Origin: Ascidiella aspersa
Lineage: Eukaryota
NCBI GenBank assembly: GCA_963924565.1
Contig: OZ004607.1
Coordinates: forward strand, 11,532,001 to 11,596,000
DNA: 64,000 bases
Direction: 5' to 3'
Shown here: one piece after another, positions 12,601-25,139 of the stretch
How the letters are laid out: each line of letters starts with the position of its first letter
How positions within the stretch are numbered: position 1 is the first letter of the stretch
Notes under the pieces: generated by a model
The model's database searches: none
Told to the model about the DNA's origin: nothing
Seen by the model: only the letters and a program-made list of their open reading frames with translations
Translations under genes and position numbers: made by a program

Positions 12601-15600
12601 AAGGGTTTAGCGCAACATTTTTCTAAAAAAACATGGTTTGCTTACGATTGTTGAGGAAAATATTGCGGGAGAAAAAAGTGTAAGATTTGGTTGATCTTAA
12701 TTGGGAGCTTTAGGAGTAAGTAAATGCATATAGCTATAATAATTCGAAATACATTATGAAAACATGTCAACCAGCAAAGCGGTTTGTCGCTTGCAACTTA
12801 CTGAAGTATTTAACCAATTAAAATAGCCCATATACTACCCATTTTATATGACAGAAATAACAACAATGCTATTTCCCATATGAGGCAATATCTCATTTCA
12901 CTTACACGTAATTTATTCTATAAATCATTGGGCTCGAATCTGTGCGCCGTAACGTCCTAGTAATTTTTGTTACGCCGCCCTATATTTTGCCTCCTATTGA
13001 AAACTCTGTTCCCACGGAATGAAATCGGGAACAAAACCGACTTTGCATATGGGATCTTTAGGAGTAAGTACAGGAGAACCTACGGAAATCAAAACACATA
13101 ACAAAAACTTGTTCACCATCAAAGCGACTTGTCGATTGCAAATCACTAAACTATCCAATAAAGAACCCATCTAGCTCCCTATTTGTCATAAAATGTTCAA
13201 GGCTGTATATTGAAATAATAGCCCATATACTACCAATTTGATATGGAAGAAATTAGTACGGCTGTGTGCTTACCTCGTCGTGAGTCTCTTTCTGCACGTT
13301 GACCCCGTCCACCTCAATGATCTCGTCGTTTTCCTTGGCTCCCGCCTTCGCCGCCGGTCCTCCGCTCTCCACGCGGCTCAGGAAGTGGCCTCCCTCATCA
13401 CGGAGAAAGAAACCAAATCCTCCGTCGTCCTTTTCCAGTTTCACCAGCCTCGGCTTACGGATCTGCGAAGTATCAAATAACTTTAACGCAGGGGTTTTTA
13501 AATGGGGTCCATAGAGTTTAAACTGGGGTCCATAGATTGAAATATTAGTGTATGTATAAAAAGTAATCAATTTTTTTTAAAGAAAACAGTTTCTTAAAAC
13601 GGTTTTGCGCTGACTACATTTCACTTTCACATTTTTGGACCGAAATCAACAGATTTATTAAGTTTCTTGTATTGTGACGACAATTTATGACGTGATCTCT
13701 GAAAAACTCTTGCCCATTGTGGTCCACGCGAAGCCAAAACAATTTTAGGGGCCCGCGGTAATAAAAGTTTAAGAACCCATTGTTTAACGAAAGTATTGCG
13801 CCGTTGCACATATAAGAAAATTAAGGCTTCAGTCATACGTGAGAAACTTGGGGTGACTAATCGTAATTAATCGACGATATCAACAAAGCTACGCGTTGAC
13901 GAGCAGCGAAGGCCAGACTGTTGTTATATATAGAATATGTGTGTTAGAGTTTATCGGGACAGGGCTTATAGTGCTGATGGCAAATGTAATATACATGTGT
14001 TTGTATTATATTTAAGGCATAATTTATAACACCTTTTACCCTCGAAAGGAATAACGGGTTAACGCTTCACAGGTTTGTTTAATTTAGTGTGGCCGATACC
14101 GATTTGAATAAACGCATTCGTTCATTATAAATTAAGACAAAACATGTTCAAGCAACTTTGTTAAATCATTGAGAAAAGGTAACTGAGATCAATTAGAACG
14201 CAGCTTTCAACACCAGTCATGGCGACAGTGCCTTGGTACTTCTTTTACCTCTTCAGCAACATCCTCCCTCTTTTCTTCAATTGCCTGCTCCACCAGCTCC
14301 TCCTTGATTCGCCCGAGAGCAAAGTCCTCGAATCTCGGTATCCGGAAGCAGGACTCGGCCGGCCATGACCGGATAAATTCCTCGTTCACCTTGACTCCGA
14401 GCTTCTGGAAGAGTTCCATGACTGGACGCGCGACAACGGTGAGCTTGACTTTGGTCGGGTCTTCCCTGCGTTAACATCAACTTATTAAAAAAAAGATTCG
14501 CAATTGGTTTATGTAGAAGCTGGAACAAACTTTCGATTTTGTTCGAAGCTGGTCGCGACCCACATTTACAGCGGGGTTTGTCAGCTCTGTAGCGATCAAA
14601 GTAATGTATAAAGCCTGGTGAGAAGAATATTAAGACTCTTTTAGGGATTCTTAAACTTTTTTTTACCGCGGACTCCTAATTTTTTTTTGCTTCGCGTGGA
14701 CCACGGCGGGCGAGAAATTTTCAAAAATGACATCATAAATTGACGTTACAATCAAATAGATTTTAGAAATATGCTGATGATAAAATGAAGTCTAAATACA
14801 TTGCTGAAACGTTATATTTTTAATTAAACTTTTTTTTATTTGAAAATCGATTACTTCTTAAATACACTAATATTTTCATTAAGACATCATGGACCCCCTA
14901 AAATTAGGTTACGGACCCCCAAGGGGTCCATGGAAGCCAGTTTAAAAAACCCTGCTCTATGTGAATTCCGATGTCTCAATTCCGCGGCCTAATCGCACCT
15001 CTAATGAATTTACCATCACACATCAAAATATTTTTAGACTAGCGTATTTGCTAAAACCCTTACAATATTTTTTTCACGCATTCGTCGTGCGTAGCTTTTG
15101 TGACGTCGTGTCCGTTGACGCAGGCAACGGTCTCCCCGTTAATGAGGCCGGCCCGCTTGGCAGCTGAATCGTCGTCCACGTCGGACACAATATGGAAAGG
15201 CTTGCCCTGGACAGACGGTTATTGTGATATCTTAACGAAGCGACTTTAAAAAATATATTTCCAGCAAAACAATATATGCTTCGTAATAAGAATACCAAAG
15301 CCAAAACAAAAGTTATTCGAAACTTTTAAAATGATGCCTACTTCTGTATGGGCTTTGATATTCTTATTACGTCTTACTACAACCTCAAACCATTATGCCC
15401 AAATAATATATATTTAGAATGTTAAAATAACTACTTCTAAAAACATTATTGCTCAAAACGTGATTAAGTGCTAAATTTTGTATTTTCAAATTATCACGGT
15501 TTACTATTATTGAAAGCGTATATCGTATTTACCTCGATAGCATAACAAAAATATATTTTAAACAAAAATAATTTCAACAGAACATTTCACTTAATATGAC

Positions 15601-18600
15601 ACATAACACACCTTGTCCATCTTTAGAAAGAAGCCGTAGCCCCCGTCGCCCTTGACAACCTCAACCTCGCGAGGCTTCTCAAGCAGTAGCTCTTTAGCAT
15701 CCCCAACGGCCGCTGGCATTCCGTTGGTTCTTGCATTCCTGATATGCAATCGAGATTAAATATAATCCCCACGGGTGTATGATATTTGCGTTCTAAAATA
15801 TCAACGTATATAAACGGGATACCACTAATATATGACACAAAAAAATAAGTCAAATTTTTATATTTATGTTTATAGGACCTTTGATAAAAACAATAGTCGG
15901 TCTTAAGTTATACGAACTCAAAAACTGTAAGTTTAATCTTTGTTTAAAACAAAAACGGTAATTGTCACTAAACAAGAAACACCGAATCTGGAATTTTGAA
16001 ACTTTGTAGAATCTTTGATATCAGGGTTAAAATAAATAATCTAGGGTTTACGCTTCCCAAAAACACGCAACAGATTTTTTTTAATACTTCTAATACAAGG
16101 AAATTGGATTAAGTACAACCGGAACGTAACGGTAAACGATAAGAGAACTTTACGTGTCAACTAACTTTTCAGCCACGGGCCCAAGCACAACCAGCACAAC
16201 GTGATTGGGAATAGACTTGACCTTGCCAACCACGTCGGCGTGGTCCAGTCCAATGACCAGGTCTCCGTTGATGGCGATCACGAGATCTTCGTCTTTTAAA
16301 CCGCACCAGTCAGAAGCTCCACCCTTTTCGATGTCGCCGGCATATTCGCCTGAAACATGCACAACATGCTGATTAACGGTTGATGATTCTTCGTTTAGAA
16401 TTTACCTATGCGTTTTGAGATAAAAAGCGTTGATTAGAGTTATTACCGATGATCAGAAATTTGTAAGTTGGATCTTCTTTGGAAGGTATGTGAAGAAAAA
16501 ATGAATAAACGGATATGTTTTTAGTTGGAACATTCTGGCCTTACTAATGCTTAGTTACTGCACTTAGTGGTTTATTATTTTTGTAGTACACTGGTATTTG
16601 ACTTGTGATTAAATTAAAGTATCCTAAAGATTCTGGTTGACATCATTTACTACAACCGAAAAAATATTTAATATAAACCGTTTTTACATGTAGTTCAACT
16701 ACTTTGGCAATGCTGTGTGGTGGATTCATTTCCTTTAAAAGTTAGGTATCTGTTAAAAGTTAAAAAAGTAAGAGTGTTGAATGTAAAGTACGCATTCTGG
16801 AGTTAAAGTTTATCATTCCGTGTCTATGTTTATTGCTAATTTCGTAAAAAAATGAAACACAATTTTGAGTCTTCAAAAGATCATGGTTTGCTCATTGAGA
16901 CTAAGTTATGCCTTACTAGTCAAAAGGCACCCTCCAAAAGTTATTCTTCCTTCCAAGCAGACTCAGTCTCGTTTGTGTTGCAACTACCATTTAAATCGAG
17001 TCACAGTTCGAGCATTTTATTAACAAAAATGCATAAAAACGTAGTTGCTACTTTGGAGACGCCTCTCAGTTTCCCATTCTCGTGATGCAAACAAGTTGAG
17101 AATAAGAAATTATAGAGCGTTAAGATTTGGAACGAATTTTTTATCAGTGTATTAAAATATTAGCATGTGTATGGCTCTATACCGGCGGTTCCCAAAGTTT
17201 TCTAAAAATTTTGCATGGTGGACCCGTTGCAAATATTTCGATATTTCGTGTCCCTATAAAAATTCAAGGGTCAGACCCATGTTTCTTGTAGTACACTACT
17301 ACAGTCTAATGTAACATCTTTCTAATTAATGCGAACGATTCGCTGATAGCAGGTAGTGTAGCACAATACATCACAAGAGACATCATAAAACACGCTATAT
17401 GATCAAATAATAAAGCATAACTAAAGACTAATAATGATGACAGATAATGTTTAACAACATAGTCTAATGTTTAAAAATATTCGCTAAAGCCTAATTTTTT
17501 AAAACTAAGCTACTTATTCTCCTTGCAGACCCTCTGATACTGCTGTACGGACCACAGTTGGTCCGCGGACCCCAATTTGGGAACCGCTGCTCTATACGCT
17601 CTACACACCTGACTTTCCCTTCTTAACTCGCAGGAAGAAGCCGTAACCGCGTTCCTGGCCCTTGACGATGTGAATGATGCGAGCCACTTGATCCGAGTTG
17701 GTGGTGGAGGAGCCGGAGGTGGACTGGCGAGCAGATGAGTCGGAGGAAGTGGAGCGGGAGTGGGAGACCACCTGCTCAGTGCTGCTGTAGGCGTACTTCT
17801 TCTTAATCTTCTTCTTCCTATAGTTATGACACACGAGTTGGAATTGTTAAGAAAACTGATGTGTGAGATTTAGTAAGAAAATTTATGAAAATCATTTTCT
17901 AGGAAACGTTTAACTAATTGTGATTTCTTGATATAGTTTATTGCAAATATTTTCAAACCGCGATAAGTTGTTATACTATTACATCAAATTAGAGCGGTAG
18001 TCCTTTAAGACAGTGGTCGGCAAAACACCGGTCCGCGGACCGGTACCGGAGGAGTTGGTTACCGGTCCGTAGCAGGGTTGTCAGATTAAAATTTTGTTTA
18101 AACACGAACTGTACGTAAAAACCTGGTAAAATAATTAAATGTATTTTTATATTTAACACATTTACCTTCGTTTTAATATAGCCTACTACTTCATTGTTGA
18201 TTGGTCTAATAAAAAATCACAATTAGTATCAAGCTCTCGTTAGGTTCAAAACAACTAGTGTGTTAATGTCGCTATATGAGTTACATAGCACGTTCACAAC
18301 ATCCATAATTCACATTTTTATTACAAAATCTAACTTCTAGTACTTACAATATGTCGAAAAATGGGCTAAAATATCATGTGTTTTGATTTTAAGCGTGCTC
18401 ATCTTTAAGTGCAATAGAATTTCATGTAAACAATGTGTAAAAACTATATCCCATAATGAAATAATTTATTATTTTGATTAGGCAGGAAAGGTTTCGAAAA
18501 AAACGTATGTATATTAATTAGTTTTAGACTCTATAAAAATGACAAAAAAGCCAAATGGTTTTTATAACATCCACCATGTTAAAAAAATGATTTTTGTTGT

Positions 18601-21600
18601 CAAAAAAGCCATTCTGGCAAGCCTTGTCTATCCCATGCCTTTCAGGTATTGGTAATATTCGTATACAAGTATAATTTAAGAAAACACGTAAGGGCCTAAA
18701 CTTTTATTGAAATGAGCCGCGGGCTGGGTTAAATTAAATTGTTTGGCTGGCCGAATGCCGCCCGCGGGTTTCAGTGAGTTCAATAATTCCTAGATGGGAG
18801 CCTCACTTTGCGACAAAAAAAGCATAAAGTTCGCATTGAAAGTTGTAATAAATTTCCTTGAACATTTGTTGTTTTTAAAGGTCGGTCCGCGACAAAACTT
18901 TAGTTTTAAACCGGTCCGTAGTGCAAAAAAGGTTGCCGACCCCTGCTTTAAGAGGCTCAATAGATTAGGAAAGTACTTAATTAAGAAATATTTGCCACAC
19001 ATATTTAAAATTTGCTGATTCCAGTTTTTAATGCAAGCAAACCGTTTTTTGGCCTTAATTGGTCCTTACAGTGATTAACGATAAAAAGTCGGCACACCGA
19101 ATCCCGCATATCGCTAATTACCTGGCTGCAAAGTGCTTGTAGGTCGCTTCGTTGGCCACCAAAAGTACCACAGTACCTTCGCTCTTCGATACCAGGGAGA
19201 CAACCTTGTTGTGGCTCAGTTTCTCAACGTTGGTCGATCCCACTTCGATAATACGGTCGTTAGTTCGAAGTCCACTCTCACTGGCCGGGCCACCTTCTAC
19301 CACTTCGCCGATAAAGTGACCTGTGAAGTGGACAACGTGTTAGAACTTGAAATATGTCAGTTTACTACTAAACAACATATGGTGAAATAAATATTTAGCG
19401 ATTAGCAAGCTCCGTTTAATGTCAAAAGATCCAAAACTGCTGCCTTATGCATCCCGTTTGAATTGCGTGATGATTGTTAACCAGTATACACATACATATT
19501 TTTTACTTGTAAACGGGTAAAGCAAAATTAATAAAATAAATACTAGAGACGAGACAAATAGATTTCCTTAGTAAATTGAGGAAAAAAAACCCTTTTCAAC
19601 ATAACGTTATTTAACAAAAGCACTCAATAAAAGTAAAGACAATCAAACAACCTAATTTATACCATCTTGTCGCAAAAACATCTATTCCAGGGGTGGCCAA
19701 CACGCGGCTCGCGAGCCGCATGCGGCTCTTCACCCAGTCATGTGCGGCTCTTACGTTCCTGTTGCACTTATGATTTTTTAGAATGTTTCGATTTTTATGG
19801 ATTATTGCCGGTTCCGACTGTTTGCCTTAAGGCTATTGTATTTTGGTAACACTTTTTATACGCAAAAACTATACCCAAATAGTATTGATAAATAACACTA
19901 TATCGAGAAATGTGTATTTTTTTATCCAGTGCGTTGCGTCTGCTTTTAAATCAAAATGTTGTCTGTTTACAAATGCACTTTTTTCCCGCTTCGTGGGAGT
20001 GAATAATAAACGGAGTTGTAGGCTATTCGTTACGTTTCATGTGTGTAAAGTGTGGCTCTTTGTGGTTAATCAAGTATCAAATGCGGCTCTTGGTATCTGA
20101 TTGGTTGGCCACCACTGAATTCTATTGTATAGTTTTATAAATACCTAAATATAATATTGGATCCTTAAAAGACAAATCCTTCGGGATACAATACTGGTTA
20201 ATGGTTTAATTTAACGCGATACGTGGCACAGGTGTGCAAGACGGATAAATACCTTTATCTTTACGTCAGCAAGGGTAGACAAATGTTTACCAGTGGCATG
20301 CTTCAGGTCGGTGTTGGACACATATATTAGTCATGCAAAAGCACTTCGTTGGAAGTACATCTGACACTGTGCAAACAAAGCTACTACAGCCTATAGATAC
20401 CTCTCAAACGACATTATAACGTGAGTTTCCTCGCTGTTAAAAGTTTTAAATATTAGTATTGCCCTTCACTAAATTAAAAGTACGTATACAGTTGTACAAT
20501 TATTGCATGTTGTTTGCGTGTTCGTGTGTGAGCTTTGAGGGCGACCTTAATATCAAAACTAGAAGTATCGTCGAAATTGTCGTTTTAAGTGACTGTTAGC
20601 TTAAAATGCTTTAGGTGACTTATATTCCTTAAAATGACGCTTAATTTCAACCCAATTGCTTTAAGCAATTTTTTAAACTTAAGCGGAAAATGACCGCTGT
20701 TGCACACCTGGTTTGCTTTTTCCGTGCGCCTGGAGATTGAAACCGAACGTTCCTCTCTTTTTAGTGATTTTACAGATCCGGGGTCGGAGGTCAACCTCGT
20801 CAAGGCTCGCGTGTCCATTAACCTTCGGCTCGGCACGGTTGGTGGCGACACTGCAGTAACAAGGTAATAAAACGTGGTGACTTTTGTTTGACCCATTTGG
20901 TGGACTATTGCTGGTTTTGTTGCAGGAAAAGCGGTTTGAGACGTTTTTGCGCTATTTGGAAGATAAACCAGGTGATAAAAAACCCTTGGAATTTATGACC
21001 ATGGTTTAATAAACATTTGAAACAGCTAGTTAATTGGTCCTCCATCAGATGCTTAAGGACGATAAAGAAAAGTTGTCATCCGGCAAAGAAAAATACTTAA
21101 ACAAAGTGTCTTAACGAGAACAATATAATATAGTAGGAATTGTATGTTAAAATGATAATTCCCTGATGAAGGTTTCTAAGTATAAAGTATGTGTGATTTA
21201 TTATGCGTGACTGAAAAAAGAGAAAATTGATTTATTTTTTATAGAATAATGGAAACAATCCATGAAGAAAAAAAATAAAGGAACGGTAAACAGTTTGCCT
21301 ATTTAGTTGAGTTCGAGTATAGGTATTCGTTGATCATAGAATTTATTTTCAAGGGTAAGAAAAATGGTGAAAAACAACGCATCAAGGGGCAGGGGCGTAT
21401 CCAGAAATTTTGTTGTTTAAGGCAGGGGCGTGGAAATTTTCTGGGATGACGTCACAAAGTTAGTTATAATTTGAAGTCACAAAAAAAGCAATTTTAAAAC
21501 ACCTGTCGTCTCCAGTGAACTATTTAAACATACCAAAACTTGTCTTTACATGCTTAAAATTGAAAAAAAAAGCTTGAATACATTTTTAGCATTGAAAAAA

Positions 21601-23696
21601 CAAACAGAAGTTCGCGCAAATCGTAAAAACAAATTGTGTTTGTAGGGGTGATCATTCCCCTGGTGTCAAAATCAGTGCTCCGATGGATTCGTCTTTGTCA
21701 TGAAAGTAGCCTAAAGTAAAATAAGGTAAAGCGGAGGAGAATAAACTCACGCAACGGCCGGAGTGTCTTTCTGCTTGGCGTCGCTCTCCGTATCGATCAA
21801 CTTGAACTTAATTTCGTTCTTCGGAATGCATTCGCGGATAATGTCGACGATCTCCTGGTGTGACTTCTTCTCCACATTCTTGCCGTTGATCTCAACGATT
21901 CGGTCCCCGTCCTTGACCCCGGCTCGGGATGCGGGACCACCATTGGTAAGGTTGGTTATTACCTGTAAATGTAGTGGGAAGGTTCCGTTTAATCAAATTA
22001 TTATATATTATAGGGCAAGCGTAAAGTGGGAGAATATCTACTTCTGTTGTGACGCAATAATGGAATGGCAAAGCAACGGTGACTTATGTTATTTTCTCTG
22101 TCCTTTTTCTTATTTTCCTCTCTCTCTTATCTTTCTCTTTTTTCTCATTGTGCGTCTCTCTTTCTATGTTTCACCGTGGATATAAGTTGGGTTTGTCCGT
22201 TAAAGGGCCAAAGGATTGATTATACTTCTGTAAATAAGGTCCTGTTGACCACAATTCAGCCATTCTCATAAACCTTTAGAGAAATCACAAAGGTGCAAAA
22301 AGGGCGATGAAAACTTATTTTCAGTTAAACCGATAAGTCTAATTTAAGTTGTAACTTCATTGAGACATCAGCGGATAGATTGTCGCTTCTAAGTGAATCC
22401 AAACCTCCTTATTCCTGTTTTCGCGGCCTTAACCCAACTACAACAAATGTTCAAAGGTAGCCATGTTGTAACGCGAAACAGTACTCTAACGGTCGCAATA
22501 TTTTGTTTTTAATTTATATTTTTAGATAGATACCATACGAAAAACGTTGTTGGATAACTGAATTTGCCGTTAGCTGTGTTTAACTTTAAGCTCCTCACAT
22601 ATCGGGTGCAACAAATTAATCAGAGACGTATAAAATGGTTGGTCACAGGAAGCCACAGTAAATTTACTTGTAATCGCATATAAGTCCACATACTAAAATT
22701 TATTTGGGCCTTCAGTTAGCACCAATCATTGGTTAAACCATCACGGGAGACGTCCACGCACCTAGCACGTGTGTTTGAGTTATGGGAGAACCGGACAGTC
22801 GGCAAACAGAGCACTCCTTTAAGCTTTGGTCGACTGACGACCCTTTGTGGAAATCATTACGCAATTATTTTTAGGTCAAAGTTGACTAACTCTTACTGGC
22901 CTATTTTTAACAAAAGGCAAGTCACAGCACATAGCTCAAACACTTAAAACTATACGTTTGTGCGAGTCTGTAATAGAACGACTTGTTATCACTGTTTTAT
23001 AAGTGTTGCAACTTGTCGCTTTATAAGAAATCTGTCTTGTATGATATATGCCATTATCCTGATGAAGGCGTATTGTATAGGACGTCGAAATGTCGATTGA
23101 TTATAATAAACTGCTGGAAGAGCAACACTCGGTTATAATAAACTGCTGGAAGAGCAACACTCGGTTATACTTCATTTAATAAAACTCGGTTGTACTTCAT
23201 TTAATTGGAAGAGCAACACTCGGTTATATCGCATTTAATAAGGTTTGTCACGCAAACTACTCTCACACATCGGGCTCTTATAAAATTATGCTAAAATTGT
23301 ATGCAACTTTTCAACTTCCTTTGCACAATTAAAACAGGGACCCAGTCTAGTCAGATGGATCTATATGTTCACAAACTTCTATTTTTGCTACGTCATCATC
23401 AAAAAGTTTAATAGATGTGTACAGAAGTAACACTTTCACAACACTTTGTTCTCGTACTACACGGTTTCGTGATATTCTTAAAAAAAAATCAGTTTTCTAC
23501 TGATTAAAATGCGTAATCCGTTCTGCGTAACTCCGTAACACCAAAATGCATACGTTTTGTTTATTATGGCGCATTTGCCGTACAAACATCCTTACCTGCC
23601 CACTCCTGCTCTTGTCCACCTTGAGAAAGAATTCGAATTCCTCATCCTCTTTCTTGATCACGTGACAGTCACGGATTCCTGTATTGGCGCTCATCT
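6655..23696 (-). CDS. Multi-PDZ scaffold, NHERF/PDZK1-like: six PDZ domains, acidic EEIK-repeat tract, Pro/Ser-rich C-terminus
   Basis: Phase-consistent GT-AG exons: 23696-23596 (ATG 23694), 21962-21751, 20850-20708, 19320-19122, 17817-17609, 16349-16154, 15738-15612, 15206-15064, 14465-~14249, 13462-13274, 12209-12083, 11550-11383, 10017-9929, 9517-9409, 9003-8927, 8459-~7871, 7154-6655. NHERF-type motifs recur ([55 protein letters not shown]). Confidence 0.9.
7362..7637. mobile_element. hAT-like MITE
   Basis: TIRs CAGTGATTCTCAAA ... TTTGACAATCGCTG; TSD ATCTAAAG / ATCTAAAC. Confidence 0.75.
7871..8459 (-). repeat. Coding low-complexity acidic 4-residue repeat (EEIK/EDIK/DEIK) exon of the PDZ gene
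   Basis: ORF 7830-8471 reads [30 protein letters not shown]...; bounded by an acceptor (ttcaccag) and a GT donor in phase with its neighbours. Confidence 0.85.
12700..13245. repeat. Diverged local duplication (~350-bp period) in an intron
   Basis: CTTTAGGAGTAAGTA...CAAAGCG..TTGTCG.TTGCAA...ATAGCCCATATACTACC blocks occur twice. Confidence 0.55.
13489..13781. mobile_element. hAT-like MITE (family B)
   Basis: CAGGGGTTTTTAAATGGGGTCC ... TTTAAGAACCCATT; TSD CTTTAACG / GTTTAACG. Related to the inverted copy at 14641-14955. Confidence 0.65.
14641..14955. mobile_element. hAT-like MITE (family B, opposite orientation)
   Basis: TAGGGATTCTTAAAC ... GGACCCC..GGGGTCC ... GTTTAAAAAACCCTG; shares internal blocks with 13489-13781. 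Confidence 0.6.
15282..15404. mobile_element. Internally deleted copy of the palindromic Penelope-like tail at 24969-25170
   Basis: AGTTATTCGAAAC...ATGATGCCTACTTCTGTATGGGCTTTGATATTCTTATTACGTCTTACTACAACCTCAAACCATTATGC is nearly identical to 25074-25162. About 20 bp of the left arm is retained. Confidence 0.75.
17183..17589. mobile_element. hAT-like MITE
   Basis: TIRs CGGCGGTTCCCAAA ... TTTGGGAACCGCTG; perfect TSD CTCTATAC. Confidence 0.85.
18011..18945. mobile_element. Non-autonomous hAT element
   Basis: TIRs CAGTGGTCGGCAAA ... GGTTGCCGACCCCTG; perfect TSD CTTTAAGA; subterminal CCGGTCCG motifs. Confidence 0.88.
19688..20117. mobile_element. hAT-like MITE
   Basis: TIRs CAGGGGTGGCCAAC ... GTTGGCCACCACTG with repeated TGCGGCTC subterminal motifs; no clean TSD. 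Confidence 0.75.
21390..21692. mobile_element. Degenerate MITE (CAGGGGCGTATCCAG family)
   Basis: Begins CAGGGGCGTATCCAGAAATT and ends ...TGGATTCGTC. Shares TGACGTCACAAAGT-type blocks with 32869-33260 and ~51803-51980. Confidence 0.5.
23056..23240 (+). ncRNA. Minimal type I hammerhead ribozyme relic with tandemly repeated tail (Penelope-like element end)
   Basis: ATC-CTGATGA-AGGCGT...ACGTC-GAAA-TGTC-GAT: hammerhead core, stem II, GUC triplet and a short stem I (ATC/GAT). It is followed by 32-bp tandem repeats containing AATAAA. Confidence 0.65.
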
Positions 23697-24968
23697 CTGT
23701 GGTTGCGTACAACAGTGGAAATGTCAGTTATAAATTGATACACGCAATGCAAAGAGATGATTCTAACTGATTTACACCAAAAAGAACAAAAACGTTATTT
23801 TAAGGTAAGTTAATCAAGATAAGCTTTTGAAGTTTACATAAACTTGAGGCTTTGTTTAAAACAATTTTTACATCGTATAAGCTGATATTTCTTGACGAAA
23901 TCTGATTTTGCCTTGTAAATCATGCGCAAAGGTCTAATCGCTTCAAAACACATCTTAAAGAAGCCATCAATGTATTGAATTCAGGTGCAACATGTCTTTC
24001 CAGCGAAGCCAAACATACTTATCGATCATAACGAGCACCCGAAGCAGAAACGCACTCATGGCGCCCCAAGCCGACGCTGGCAACTTTTGGTAAAAGAGCC
24101 ATAAAGCGCACGTTAGGCCTTGTTGATATTTACAAGGCAAACCTGGGGAGAGCGTTGTACCACTCGGTGATTAATTCTACAGGGGGCAAAGTCTCTTAAA
24201 GTCGGCCACTCGACATAGCTGGGGCGCGAACCGCTCGACTATTCTGTTTGCGTCAAACCGTGTGATAATAAGCGCCGCACGATTGCTGGTTAATAATTAG
24301 AACTTTTTGTAAAATCACGCTAAATGAAATGCCGATGTTGCTGCTGTTCCTTTTACGTTGTTGCTGCCGAATGAACTATAGAATATATCACTTAAAAGGC
24401 ATCTAACGTACGATTCCTCGGTCTTTTTCAACGAATTGTCGCTGCTAAAGGAGTTGTAATTCGCTCTTTGGCGTAATTTAAAAACACCTCGCTTCAGTTA
24501 AGTTTTATAAAACAAGATAGATAAGCGCATTTCATAAAATTTTCTCCACTGAAATTAAACGTATTCCCTAATTATATCCACGGAGCGTACACCTAGGCTG
24601 CCAAACGTTCTGACCTGCCTCGAGCCTCCAATGCGACGAAACGTTTCCCAGGCGAAGTTATATGTGGAAATCGCCTGTTCGGTAAACAAGCCGACTTTTA
24701 AGTCAACAAGTTAACAGTAGATGTCGTTTACGCGGGGTCGCGGGCATTGCCTCGCCAAGATAAACGTACTGCAAGTTCTGTGTGCTGCCAGTTTCCTTTG
24801 TTGCACGAAGTTGGAATCCAGTCGTTTTTAGCTTTTTTTCTGTCGTTACTCAATATCAACTTAACACTTTGCCGTTACCCTTTCAAAAAACTTGTGGTAT
24901 TACATGCATGCAATTGGTGGATAAACAACACCAGGGCTACGTTGCAAATTTTGTAATCAATTTCAAAC

Positions 24969-25139
24969 TAAGACGTAATAAGAATATCAAAGCCCATACA
25001 GAAGTAGGTATCATTTTGAACGTTTCGAATAACTCTTTATTCATTTTCATTGCTATGTTGAAAATGAATAAAGAGTTATTCGAAACGTTCAAAATGATAC
25101 CTACTTCTGTATGGGTTTTGATATTCTTATTACGTCTTA
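24969..25139. repeat. Near-perfect palindrome (81-bp arms, 9-nt loop); each arm carries a degenerate hammerhead-like motif
   Basis: 24969-25049 is the reverse complement of 25059-25139 with one mismatch. AATTTCAAACTA occurs on both sides of the larger unit. Confidence 0.9.

Noticed and set aside
21160-21190. CCTGATGAAGG hammerhead-like start
   Set aside because: No stem II closure or GAAA follows.
23100-23230. Repeat-spacer-like pattern resembling a CRISPR array
   Set aside because: The repeats are adjacent without unique spacers, the context is eukaryotic, and there are no cas genes.
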